Assembly: GCA_016839365.1 (NCBI GenBank)
Contig: JAEOUH010000031.1
Coordinates: forward strand, 1 to 30,832
Reading direction: 5' to 3'
DNA: 30,832 nt
Origin: Candidatus Hermodarchaeota archaeon
GTDB lineage: Archaea; Asgardarchaeota; Hermodarchaeia; Hermodarchaeales; Hermodarchaeaceae
In this document: positions 16,996 to 26,184 of the stretch, one piece after another
Layout: each line of letters starts with the position of its first letter
Position numbering within the stretch: the first letter of the stretch is position 1
The notes under the pieces: model-generated
Database searches by the model: none
Told to the model about the DNA's origin: nothing
Seen by the model: only the letters and a program-made list of their open reading frames with translations
Made by a program: the position numbers and the translations under genes

Positions 16996-17500
16996 ATAAA
17001 TCCATTGTGTGGAAGCACACCAATTTTAATTCATCTCAGCATAGAAGAGAAACAAGCCTTCCATGTTTATTTCTCCAAATACCTATTATTTCAAATAAAC
17101 ATAAAAGTTTTTCTTTGATAAGAAAATAAGTGACATAAAAAATATGGTTAAGAAATTAACTATAATTTATAACATATGGTGATTATATTCGACTGGTAGA
17201 AAATTAGTGATAGTTAAAGCATTGTTAGACATACAGCGAATAATATAAATAATTAATAAAATAATCTAATGAATTACACATTAAAAAAGTAGCTCTTTCT
17301 TTTTCCAGAATTTAAGCAGAACCCTACTGAGGTCATCCTCGAATTTGGATTCCTTTTGTGTGAAGTAATGCAAACAAACTCAAACATAGGTAATGGGAAA
17401 AAAATAGAACTTGACCAAGAATGTTTAGAAAAAAAGGGGAGGAACAGGTGATTGGGGAGCATCACCTATTCTTAGTTCTTCATCAATCGTGTGGATGAGT

Positions 17501-19348
17501 TTAGATCTTAGCTCCACAGGCAGGGCAGAAGCTGACCCCGGGAGGGATCGGTGATCCACAGTTGATGCAAGTATCCTCAGCAGAGGATTTATCTGGATAG
17601 TCGAATTCGTCTGGAGGCGGAGGCAGTGATGTGTCTTCCGTTGGTGGAGGCGGAGCTGTAGGACTTGTAGTCTTGGAGGGGCGGCGGCGGAAAATCCCCA
17701 GCAAGAGTTTTATGAGCCAAATGATTGCGTAGATTGTAACGAGGAGGATGATGAGAATGACTGGGATAGACCAGGGGATGTCGCGCATGATGGTGATAAT
17801 GAAGTCGAGGATGTTACCATAGACGACAGTTAGTAAGGCCTCGTTACTGGATTTGACCCAGACTCTGGCTGAGGCATCTTCGAAGGTGACGTTGGCACGT
17901 TGGGCAATATAACTGCCTTCACCAAAGACGGTGATTTGGTAGGTATGGACCTCTGTTACGCCAGGTGCTATAGAGGTCCAATTGGCGGTTAAGCTGCCAT
18001 CAATTCCCATAAGTCCAGTGGTAAAGCCTCCATAGATATACCAGCTTTCAGTGTCGTCAAGATCGACGTTGTAGACTGTTTCGGTGGGATCGATGTTTTC
18101 AAGAGTAATTGTAACAATTGCTGTGCCACCTTTCGTAATGAGAGGTGTAACTGTTTTAGTAATGCTTAGCCCAGGAGGAAAGTCACCTTCAAAAGTGACG
18201 ATGATATTGGGAACACTTGGAGCAGCTATCCAGAGAGCGGTTGAACGAGCAACTATTACTCCTTCGGGGCCGGTGGTATTAACCATGTCAGCCGGTGAAT
18301 AGGAGGTAATGTTGACTCCAGCAGGAAAATGCATGGTGAATTCAAAAGCATCCAACGTAGAACCCATTTCGATATTGCCTGTGTGACCGCAGAAGTCATT
18401 GACATCGAACGTCTGCTCGGTGGTGCCAAAGAATTTGTCCTTATGTTGGCTGCCCCAAGCGGCAAAAGTGATAGGTTCGAGAGTTTGCATTGCTGCCTTA
18501 GAAGGGGTGGACAAGAAACTACCTTCCATCACAGCTAGGTTGATGAACCCGGATAATCCAATGCCGCCAATAGCATCTTCAGCCAAGGTGGAGGTTACAA
18601 GTTCAGTACCACCATCTCTTACGGAACCGAGGTCCTCCATATAGGCTTGGAATTGGTTGCGTCCTTGGATTTCCACAGGATCAGGACCAGGGATTCCATA
18701 GAACCCATAAGCTTCTATTCCAACTGTAATATTGGGAAGCGGAAGAGCGGTTCCAAAAATCCGTTCGAATGGGGTTGCCAGGACAGTTTCGAATTCTAGG
18801 TGAATCGCATTCCCCCATCCTTGGATTTCAGCGGGGGAACCACCCATGAAAATCATGAGTATGGCGTTGGGTGGTAGAAGGTCCAGGATTTCATACAACA
18901 TGTCCATTTCAGATCCACCACCCCCATCAGTATCATTGGTGAGAATGGACAAGATTCCATCGAACACAGTTTCGTACTCACCCCACCGGAAGATGGAAAC
19001 GGCCATCATACATTCTTGATAGGGAGGAGTACTAGTGCTATAGGCCCCAACATTGCCAACGGCCATCACGGTAGAGGTCATTGATCCATCTGGATTCACG
19101 ACAAAAGCGGTTAAATCAGCTTCACCCTCCAGTGTGAAATTCTGTGCCCGCATGGCTGTGGGTATCGGTGAGGTTTGAAGCTCAAAGGTGTCGCTAGGCC
19201 CAAGGTGTGGAGGCTTGCTTGGGGTGGTGTAACCGAATGGAATAAAGAATCCGCTAAGAATGAACAGGAAACTAATCGTGATGACGAGAAGCGTGAGAGG
19301 GAGTTGATGATTAAGCTTGCGTGTGTGAGTGATACGTGTACGTTTCAT
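17501..19348 (-). CDS. Membrane-anchored surface protein with DUF11/BatD-like Ig domain, C-terminal TM, Pro-rich linker and zinc ribbon
   Basis: N-terminal anchor; LSITKTV..GGTAIVTITLEN Ig-like domain; TM; PPPP linker; CINCG..FCPACG. Confidence 0.8.
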   Translation of the reverse strand: MKRTRITHTRKLNHQLPLTLLVITISFLFILSGFFIPFGYTTPSKPPHLGPSDTFELQTSPIPTAMRAQNFTLEGEADLTAFVVNPDGSMTSTVMAVGNVGAYSTSTPPYQECMMAVSIFRWGEYETVFDGILSILTNDTDGGGGSEMDMLYEILDLLPPNAILMIFMGGSPAEIQGWGNAIHLEFETVLATPFERIFGTALPLPNITVGIEAYGFYGIPGPDPVEIQGRNQFQAYMEDLGSVRDGGTELVTSTLAEDAIGGIGLSGFINLAVMEGSFLSTPSKAAMQTLEPITFAAWGSQHKDKFFGTTEQTFDVNDFCGHTGNIEMGSTLDAFEFTMHFPAGVNITSYSPADMVNTTGPEGVIVARSTALWIAAPSVPNIIVTFEGDFPPGLSITKTVTPLITKGGTAIVTITLENIDPTETVYNVDLDDTESWYIYGGFTTGLMGIDGSLTANWTSIAPGVTEVHTYQITVFGEGSYIAQRANVTFEDASARVWVKSSNEALLTVVYGNILDFIITIMRDIPWSIPVILIILLVTIYAIIWLIKLLLGIFRRRPSKTTSPTAPPPPTEDTSLPPPPDEFDYPDKSSAEDTCINCGSPIPPGVSFCPACGAKI

Positions 19349-19370
19349 TACATGTCACATCCTTAGAAGT

Positions 19371-20006
19371 CTAATCTCGGACGGGGAAAAGTAAACGCCC
19401 GATAAAACCTCCAATCATCATTGTTACCACCAAGATGATGAAATTAATCACTGCTGGGAGGATAATTATATTCATCAGAATTGATTGCAAGAGTGCAAGT
19501 AGATTACCGGGATCAGGTATACCACCTCCGATTAAGTCCCCAATTCCTCCAGTAATGGCGTTGATGATTGGGCCAATTACTGGAGCATCTAGAACATCAA
19601 ACAGCGATGTGTTAGGGGGAATATTTGACAGCATCGCCAGAGGGTCGATGCCCGCACCTCCTGCAAGTAGAAGCGGAACAATCATGGCAATGAGGCCAAC
19701 GATGAGCATCAAGAAGGTAAGAGTGAAGATGACCATTGCTACTGGAATAGCGCCCCAAATACTGCGAACGAACAGCCCAGTGATAAATCCGATTGCGGCC
19801 CAAATGCCAATGATCGGAAGAAAAGTCATAGGCGAGGCGAAGATGAGGAATAGATACATGAGAAAAAAACGCAGCCACGGTCCGAAGAAGGGAGCAAGCC
19901 ATAAGATGATGCTATTGTACTCAGTGGGTATCATGAAGAATGCAATAGTGATGGTGAGGAGAAAGCCAAGAGAGAGCCCGATAAGTTTTCGTCCCATAAG
20001 TCTCAT
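19371..20006 (-). CDS. Multi-TM membrane protein, co-transcribed with the downstream surface protein
   Basis: Highly hydrophobic 211-aa ORF; 22-bp gap to the next gene on the same strand. Confidence 0.8.
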   Translation of the reverse strand: MRLMGRKLIGLSLGFLLTITIAFFMIPTEYNSIILWLAPFFGPWLRFFLMYLFLIFASPMTFLPIIGIWAAIGFITGLFVRSIWGAIPVAMVIFTLTFLMLIVGLIAMIVPLLLAGGAGIDPLAMLSNIPPNTSLFDVLDAPVIGPIINAITGGIGDLIGGGIPDPGNLLALLQSILMNIIILPAVINFIILVVTMMIGGFIGRLLFPVRD

Positions 20007-20132
20007 TCCTTACAAGTTAATGGTTACGTTTGTCTCTCCAAAACCACACCTTTAAGGTTTCTTGCCGACAAAAAGCCTCAGGGAATCTCATACGTTAATC
20101 TCAACAAAATCATGTGATGGATAGTAGAGGAG

Positions 20133-20204
20133 CTATTTCCTTTGCTTCTTTCGGCGTCTGCGTCGAATCTTACGAGCACGTTTCTTTTTCCATTTATTCC
20201 GCAT
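20133..20204 (-). CDS. rpl41e: Ribosomal protein eL41 (L41e/eS32), 23 aa
   Basis: Manual translation MRNKWKKKRARKIRRRRRKKQRK*, colinear with eukaryotic eL41 [25 protein letters not shown]; too short for the ORF track. Confidence 0.88.
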   Translation of the reverse strand: MRNKWKKKRARKIRRRRRKKQRK

Positions 20205-20494
20205 GAGTCGCCCATCCACTATCGGATTATGCCACGCATATTAGGTGTATAGTCATAAAAATTATGTTTACTAGGCTCTTCTTTCTTGTGGAGTGGAGTT
20301 AAGAGGGGTTGATAGAACCCCCAAATGTTGTCTCAAATTGCTGTTAACTCAGTGGAAAAATCTGATTAGGTAAATCACAACAACGAAGAGAATGCCAATA
20401 ACACACCCATTATAGTAAGCATGGCCTCTAACTTAATATTAGGTCGTGGGAGCCTCTCAGGTATCAATATTTTTTAAGTCTCCAATTTTTGAAC

Positions 20495-23164
20495 TTAGCG
20501 TGTGCTTTGAATAAATGACCGAGTTTTTTTCTGTTCCTGTTCCCATTTCTTTCGTTCAGATCGAAGCTTGAAGAGATCAATGTCTTTATAGACGAGTCCT
20601 TCACGTCCCTTGGGCATTATTCGTTCTTCTCGGTCTTTTTCGGGAGAATAAATGAGGGAATCGCCAAATTCAGCGACGTTGATGAAGAAACTGTAAGCAT
20701 AGATGGACCGTCGGGCGTCAAAGTGGATAGCTTTGAAATCTTCGGTGACAGGGGTAAATGCAGGATTGATAATAATATCAATGGGTGGCTCGAAGTTCTT
20801 CAACTCAACACGAAGGTCCATATCCAAAAAGTCACGGCAGATGATTACAGCTATACGCCCATATTTTGTATTGGCAACCATAACTTGAGCATCAGAAGGG
20901 CTTGTGGTGATACCTTCAGTGATACGTTGCTTCTGGTAATGGATGATGGCTGGGATGTGTTTTGCTTGTTCCCAGAGGATTCCTTCAGGGGAAATGATTG
21001 TACTGATGTTCTGTCGTGTATCGGTCTTATGATATGAACCAGGAATAATATACATATCATAGGTTTTTGCGAGGGAAATCACTTCATCGAATAAAATCTT
21101 CGAGTTGAGATCGATTGTCAGTTCGGGGAAGGCGAGAATCTTGATCTTGTCTTTTGCAGCAGCTTCAATCAGTCTATGGACCGTTTTTTGGACTTCTTTG
21201 ATTTTGATTTTGCGAATCCTAAATAGACCAGAGCCATCTTCTTGGTAGTATTCGTGGAGAATGTCTCCTGATTGTGATAATCCGATTTGGGCTATACCGA
21301 CTCTGAACTGTGTTTTCTCATACTCCTGGTGGTCTTTTAGTAAATCCAGATACACTAGATGATATTTCCGTCTAGGAGCTGAATCTATTCCAGTCCGTTG
21401 GTCTACGATGTTGGTAACCGTTTCTTTAATCATCCGCTCAATAAGTGCATCAAGCTTACTCAGTTCAATCATTTCTTGTTTAGAAGGTGCATCCTTCACT
21501 ATGAGGTCCCATTTTTTCATGTGGGAATCGAGGAGTTTTCTTTCGTTGGAAAGAACCTCTTCAAGTCTTTTTAATCTCATTTCCTCTGCAATCGCCTGAG
21601 CTTGGGTTAGTAGTTTGTTTGCACGGCCTATATTCATTTCAACTAGGGCAAGTTTGGATTGCAAGAGATAGGTTTCCGCGAGTAAGTACGGAGAAGATTG
21701 AAGCTTGGCGATTTCTAGCAGTTGCTTTGTTAACTGAGAGATATCAGCGATGAGCTCATCTTCGCCAGTTAGTTTCAATTCTGCTAATAGTAGGTCACAA
21801 AGATGAATCATCGCAGTTTCTTTCAATGAATGATCTACAACCTCTTCTGAAATGACTTCTTCGAGAATCTCACTTGCCTTTAGCTTTTGACGTGTTCGCT
21901 TACTGGTTTTGAGGATGAGCGCTTTTGCTACCCGATAACGCTGATCGAGAATACGATTATCTCTACGAGCATTAATCACGCCAAGTTGTTCCAGAGAGTT
22001 TTCTATGAGGACAGAGTCTTGTGTTTCGATGCCCACCCTAACCAATTCAAATAAAACAACGCCTGCTAAAAAGTCATTAGCGAATTCGTTAGACAAAGCT
22101 AAACTCTTTTCGTAGCAGTCTTGCGCCTTCTGATACTCTGCTTTCTTCTGATAGACACTTCCAATGTTAGATAGCAATAGGGCAATTTGGTCACTTAACT
22201 CCAATTCTTCGTAGATTTTTAGACTTCTCTGATAGTAGTTGAGAGCTTCCTCGAAATCTCCTTTAAGTTCATAGATGTTACCGATGTTATTAACAGCTAA
22301 TGCGATATCGGTCTGGATATTGAGCTCTTCACCCAGCGCTAAGCTCCGTTGATAGTATTCTTGCGCCTGGTTGAGATCACCCTTAAATTGAAATACCACC
22401 CCTAGGTTCAGAAGGGACAAGGCGATATCATGTTTATTCCCAAGTTCTTCTTTGATTTTGAGACTCCGTTGTTGGTAGTCTAAGGCTTTATCAAGTTCAC
22501 CAATTCTAACATAACAATTCCCCAAATTAGTCAAGGTCACACCGATGTTTCGTCGATCTACCAATTCCTCATTGACCTCTAAAGCCCGATGATAAAATGT
22601 GAGTGCCTGATCGATGTCTCCTTTTGACCAGTAGACTAGCCCTAGATTATTCAAGCTGCGGGCAACACCTCGCTTATCATTCAATGTCTGTTTGATTGCG
22701 AGGCTTTTTTGGTGGTGGTCTAATGCTGTATCGTATTTTCCTTTATACCAGTATGCAATCCCCGTTTGGTTGAGTAATGCGGCTTTACGTTGATTAATTT
22801 CAGTCTCTTGTTTCGAATCAATTCCGTTGAGGAGGTCTAGCCCCTTTTGAGCAGCTTCCAAGCCTTTTGTGATTTCACCTGAGCGCCAGTAAAGTTCAGC
22901 CTGTACAACCATCGCATCGATCATCAACAAGGGATCTATCTGAGGAGGAGAGGATTGTAAAAGATCAAATACCAGCCTTCGAGCTATCTCAATTTCATCG
23001 AGATTGAATAAGAGTTGGCTTTCTAGAAGTTTATACGAGAATTGATCCTCAGGTGTCAATTCTTCGAAGGATAGACTCCTTAACTTTGTAAGGGCTTGTT
23101 CATATTCGCCCTCATCTTTTAACTGAGTTATTATTGCGAATGTAGTCCGAATGACTTTAGCCAA
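20495..23164 (-). CDS. TPR-repeat protein fused to a C-terminal carbon-nitrogen hydrolase (nitrilase-fold) domain
   Basis: Six or more long TPR units (A.SLNNLG.VY..KG....AL.YY.RSL). C-terminal domain from about 21310 has VGIAQ, FPE (E), QAKH (K) and ICRDF (C). Confidence 0.88.
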   Translation of the reverse strand: MAKVIRTTFAIITQLKDEGEYEQALTKLRSLSFEELTPEDQFSYKLLESQLLFNLDEIEIARRLVFDLLQSSPPQIDPLLMIDAMVVQAELYWRSGEITKGLEAAQKGLDLLNGIDSKQETEINQRKAALLNQTGIAYWYKGKYDTALDHHQKSLAIKQTLNDKRGVARSLNNLGLVYWSKGDIDQALTFYHRALEVNEELVDRRNIGVTLTNLGNCYVRIGELDKALDYQQRSLKIKEELGNKHDIALSLLNLGVVFQFKGDLNQAQEYYQRSLALGEELNIQTDIALAVNNIGNIYELKGDFEEALNYYQRSLKIYEELELSDQIALLLSNIGSVYQKKAEYQKAQDCYEKSLALSNEFANDFLAGVVLFELVRVGIETQDSVLIENSLEQLGVINARRDNRILDQRYRVAKALILKTSKRTRQKLKASEILEEVISEEVVDHSLKETAMIHLCDLLLAELKLTGEDELIADISQLTKQLLEIAKLQSSPYLLAETYLLQSKLALVEMNIGRANKLLTQAQAIAEEMRLKRLEEVLSNERKLLDSHMKKWDLIVKDAPSKQEMIELSKLDALIERMIKETVTNIVDQRTGIDSAPRRKYHLVYLDLLKDHQEYEKTQFRVGIAQIGLSQSGDILHEYYQEDGSGLFRIRKIKIKEVQKTVHRLIEAAAKDKIKILAFPELTIDLNSKILFDEVISLAKTYDMYIIPGSYHKTDTRQNISTIISPEGILWEQAKHIPAIIHYQKQRITEGITTSPSDAQVMVANTKYGRIAVIICRDFLDMDLRVELKNFEPPIDIIINPAFTPVTEDFKAIHFDARRSIYAYSFFINVAEFGDSLIYSPEKDREERIMPKGREGLVYKDIDLFKLRSERKKWEQEQKKTRSFIQSTR

Positions 23165-23482
23165 GATTGAGTCCTCATCAAAGGCGAACTATTTCATTCT
23201 ATTCATAACGAATCTTATAATTGTTTGAATATGGACCGTATAAGAACCAGAATTGAAGGAATGACTGAATTTCAACGAAACTAGTTGGCTATTCGTAAAC
23301 TCGTCACCTTCATAGAACTATTATGAATCCACTAGCTCAAGTTAGTCAGGAAACGCCAGTCTCGAGGTTGTTAGAAACCTTTCAGAGATTGGGGCTGTTC
23401 AAGTGTAATGAGGTATTCACTGTTGAGGAAAACCAGTAAAGACCACACATTTTAACCAGATGGGCACCTTTTTCCCAACTGT

Positions 23483-24268
23483 ATGGATTCTGTAGCTCTA
23501 GTCAATTTTGATCAAGATATTTCGCAAACGCTTGAACAAGGTCTCAAGTTAATCGACGGATTTTGTTCACTTGCTTCTCCAGTGATAATAAAACCCAATA
23601 TTTGTACTATTAATGATAATACTGGTTATTCAGTAACCCATGCTCTGGTCGTTGAGGCAATTGTTGACTTGCTTTTCCAGCACGACTCTAGCCTGTCAAT
23701 AAAAATCGTTGAATCGGACTCTCAAAGCAAATGGGCTAATGAAGCATTCACCAAGTTCGGATATTCCGATCTTGTAAAAAGATTCCAAAATAGGAATAAT
23801 GATATCGAATTGGTTAACCTCAGCGATTGTAAAACAGAAAAATTTCAATTCCAAGGCGAATACTTTATCGATCCTGAATTGCCAGAGATGCTACAGAAAA
23901 TTGGATATATCATTTCTGTGGCACAAGCAAAAACTCACTACTTAACCGTGATTACGGGGGTTTTGAAGAACCTCTTTGGTTTCCTTCCACGGAAGCAGCA
24001 GGGATTCTATCACCCGAATATCAACGAAGTTATTGTCGATTTGAACCGGCTGTTTCCCATCAATCTAAGCATCATTGATGCACGAGTAGGTGTACACGGA
24101 TGGAACGGCCCCAAGACAACACCGTTAGGCAAGTTTATTCTGGGCCACAAACCTGTGTCAGTTGATGCGATACTCGCCCAACTAATGAACCTAGAACCGA
24201 ATCAAATACAACATCTAGTCCAAAGTCAAAAATATGATTTAGGTACAATAGACCCAAAGGTAATTTGA
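23483..24268 (+). CDS. DUF362 family protein
   Basis: IKPN, TH..VV, KTH....TG.LKNLFG, IIDA and DA motifs. Confidence 0.85.
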   Translation: MDSVALVNFDQDISQTLEQGLKLIDGFCSLASPVIIKPNICTINDNTGYSVTHALVVEAIVDLLFQHDSSLSIKIVESDSQSKWANEAFTKFGYSDLVKRFQNRNNDIELVNLSDCKTEKFQFQGEYFIDPELPEMLQKIGYIISVAQAKTHYLTVITGVLKNLFGFLPRKQQGFYHPNINEVIVDLNRLFPINLSIIDARVGVHGWNGPKTTPLGKFILGHKPVSVDAILAQLMNLEPNQIQHLVQSQKYDLGTIDPKVI

Positions 24269-24287
24269 GATTCTGAGAGGAATTTTT

Positions 24288-24767
24288 ATGGTTGAAAGAA
24301 GTGTGCAGGCGATTTTTACTGACCTTGAGTTATATCTTTGGCGATTCCGCTATTTGCCTAGCGAGGAATGGCGTCCAGAAATCATGTTGAGAGGTTCACC
24401 CAAAGCACTTACCGTCATGCGAGACGCGATTCGTTTGATGCAGGAAGAGTTCAAAGTGCATGGTAAGAGCACGCGCAAGTTTTTGTGTAATCCTCCAGAG
24501 GATGTTGATGTGCATCGCTATGCTAAGCTTCGAGACGCAGAAATTGAATGGCTTATCTGGCTAGTCCTGAGAATGCAAAAAGACTCACCAATACTTGCCG
24601 AGAATGAAATTAACAACAAGGCTGTAACTATAACTCTGGACGAAAAGAAAGTAGAACAGTTACTTGAAATTATTGAAAATGAACTTGATCCTAGTAAGAA
24701 ATTCCCAAGTGGCCATCAAGCGCCTGGAAATCTGTTTTTCGCTCCTGACTGGCTTGGAGTTGAATAA
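24288..24767 (+). CDS. Hypothetical protein
   Basis: 159-aa ORF with GAGG RBS, 19 bp after DUF362. Confidence 0.75.
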   Translation: MVERSVQAIFTDLELYLWRFRYLPSEEWRPEIMLRGSPKALTVMRDAIRLMQEEFKVHGKSTRKFLCNPPEDVDVHRYAKLRDAEIEWLIWLVLRMQKDSPILAENEINNKAVTITLDEKKVEQLLEIIENELDPSKKFPSGHQAPGNLFFAPDWLGVE

Positions 24768-24790
24768 AAAAGTCAAAGACGAGAAGGCTG

Positions 24791-24868
24791 TTACCAGTCC
24801 TCCTCGTCGTCGTATTCTTCATCCCAATCTTCTTCGTCGTCTTCGGGACCAATAACATATGGGAGCAT
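24791..24868 (-). CDS. 25-aa acidic Trp-repeat peptide MLPYVIGPEDDEEDWDEEYDDEEDW
   Basis: AGGTGA RBS at 24877-24882; the two DDEEDW copies differ only at three synonymous third positions. Confidence 0.65.
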   Translation of the reverse strand: MLPYVIGPEDDEEDWDEEYDDEEDW

Positions 24869-25225
24869 TGTTTCTTTCACCTTTGAGATTTCAGATTTTT
24901 TTACAGTTTTAGACTCAACCTTTATCCAAAGAGCAGAAATGGTAGAACATTCCTGCTCTTTGAGTAGGGGTCGAGACAAAGGAGCTGAGGCCCACCTAGA
25001 AAAAGGATTATTCTTTACCCTTCTTCCCGGCGGGTATAGTTGCCCTTAAGTAGAGTTGCAAATCTAAATTATTCAGTGATAAAAAACTGATTTTAAAGGA
25101 CTTTTTTTCAAAAAGAAGCGTAATTTACTCCTCTTTTATGACAGATATGGATAATTTTACATTTTAAGGCGAATCAAGCCCTAATTACCTGTTTAAATAC
25201 GAAAAAAGGTAAAAAATCCCGGAAT

Positions 25226-26116
25226 TTAGACGTCACATATATGCAACCTATTTCTCACTCGAGTCACCGCTGATGCCACTCGATTAACAAATGGAGTAAG
25301 ATCTATTCCAAACTCATTATTGAAGAACTGAGCCTGCTTTCTCAGCAGCCGAAGCTGAGTACGTAACCGTTGAAATGACTTCTTGAAATGTGGTGATTTA
25401 CAGGCATCACTATTTACCGATTTCAGTTCTTGAAACAGACCACGACAACTACAAATAATCCGTTTTGCACGATTCTCAAACTGTGATTGCACTAGGTGAG
25501 AAATTAATCGGTGAGTGTCAGAACCTATTAATTCAAGACGTGGAGCGTACTCAACAGACCCACTTAGTTCCACGAGCCGGGAAAGGAACTCACTCGGACG
25601 AAACAGAGCCGGGACATATTGACGGACTCGCTTTGTCCGAATCTGAGGTAGCAGGACGATTCCCGGTTTTATTCGAATCAATGGTGTGCGATGGAAAAGA
25701 CGTGAAAGGGTTCTTCGCTGGAACTCATGCTTCACAGGGTCATAGACTACAAGTATGTATCTCCTTAGCTTCTCCTTTGTCACAGTTACTTCTGTTCTCT
25801 TTGTTTTCGTGATATCACGTCTTGGGATGAACGTCATTACATCGGAGGAACCCGGCACTGGAGTGAAGCGTGTTGCATTCTTTGACCGGATTCGTGCATA
25901 TACTCTGGGGCGTATCCGAATAATTCCAAGCCGATCCTTAAAGGCAGAACCGTGATTTTTCAGTAGGATGAAGATTCGAGAATAACCTTTAAGCTGTTTA
26001 GCAACCGTTACCCCTTGCTCCGCTAGACGCTCAGAAGTGGAGTAAATCACACCATCATTAGGGACTGATGTCATCTTCTCGAAAAGGGTATAAAATGTTG
26101 ATATTTTTGTCCCCAT
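25226..26116 (-). CDS. Basic protein with ChrB-N/PaaX-like (Cas2-like fold) domain and helical C-terminus
   Basis: YILVVYD..QRRTLSRLF..IVLLP, followed by F..R..I..C..LF.EL helices; family call by eye only. Confidence 0.5.
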   Translation of the reverse strand: MGTKISTFYTLFEKMTSVPNDGVIYSTSERLAEQGVTVAKQLKGYSRIFILLKNHGSAFKDRLGIIRIRPRVYARIRSKNATRFTPVPGSSDVMTFIPRRDITKTKRTEVTVTKEKLRRYILVVYDPVKHEFQRRTLSRLFHRTPLIRIKPGIVLLPQIRTKRVRQYVPALFRPSEFLSRLVELSGSVEYAPRLELIGSDTHRLISHLVQSQFENRAKRIICSCRGLFQELKSVNSDACKSPHFKKSFQRLRTQLRLLRKQAQFFNNEFGIDLTPFVNRVASAVTRVRNRLHICDV

Positions 26117-26184
26117 AGCTTCTGCTATATTACCTTTTCTAAATTGGTTGGTGGACGAACGTCATTTTGGATTTTCTAAGACGT

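Noticed and set aside
19435-20055. 206-aa plus-strand ORF and the other antisense or nested ORFs in the track (e.g. 666-914, 806-1084, 6590-6973, 18084-18644, 25465-25812, 30315-30596)
   Set aside because: They are shadows of well-supported genes on the opposite strand or frame, with no motifs.
20345-20470. Short hydrophobic reading-frame fragments upstream of eL41
   Set aside because: Split across two frames with no credible start; too little evidence for a gene or pseudogene.
24266-24268. TGA ending DUF362 as a possible selenocysteine or readthrough codon
   Set aside because: The position is at the normal end of the domain and not at a Cys site; another stop follows within 9 codons; no SECIS recognised.
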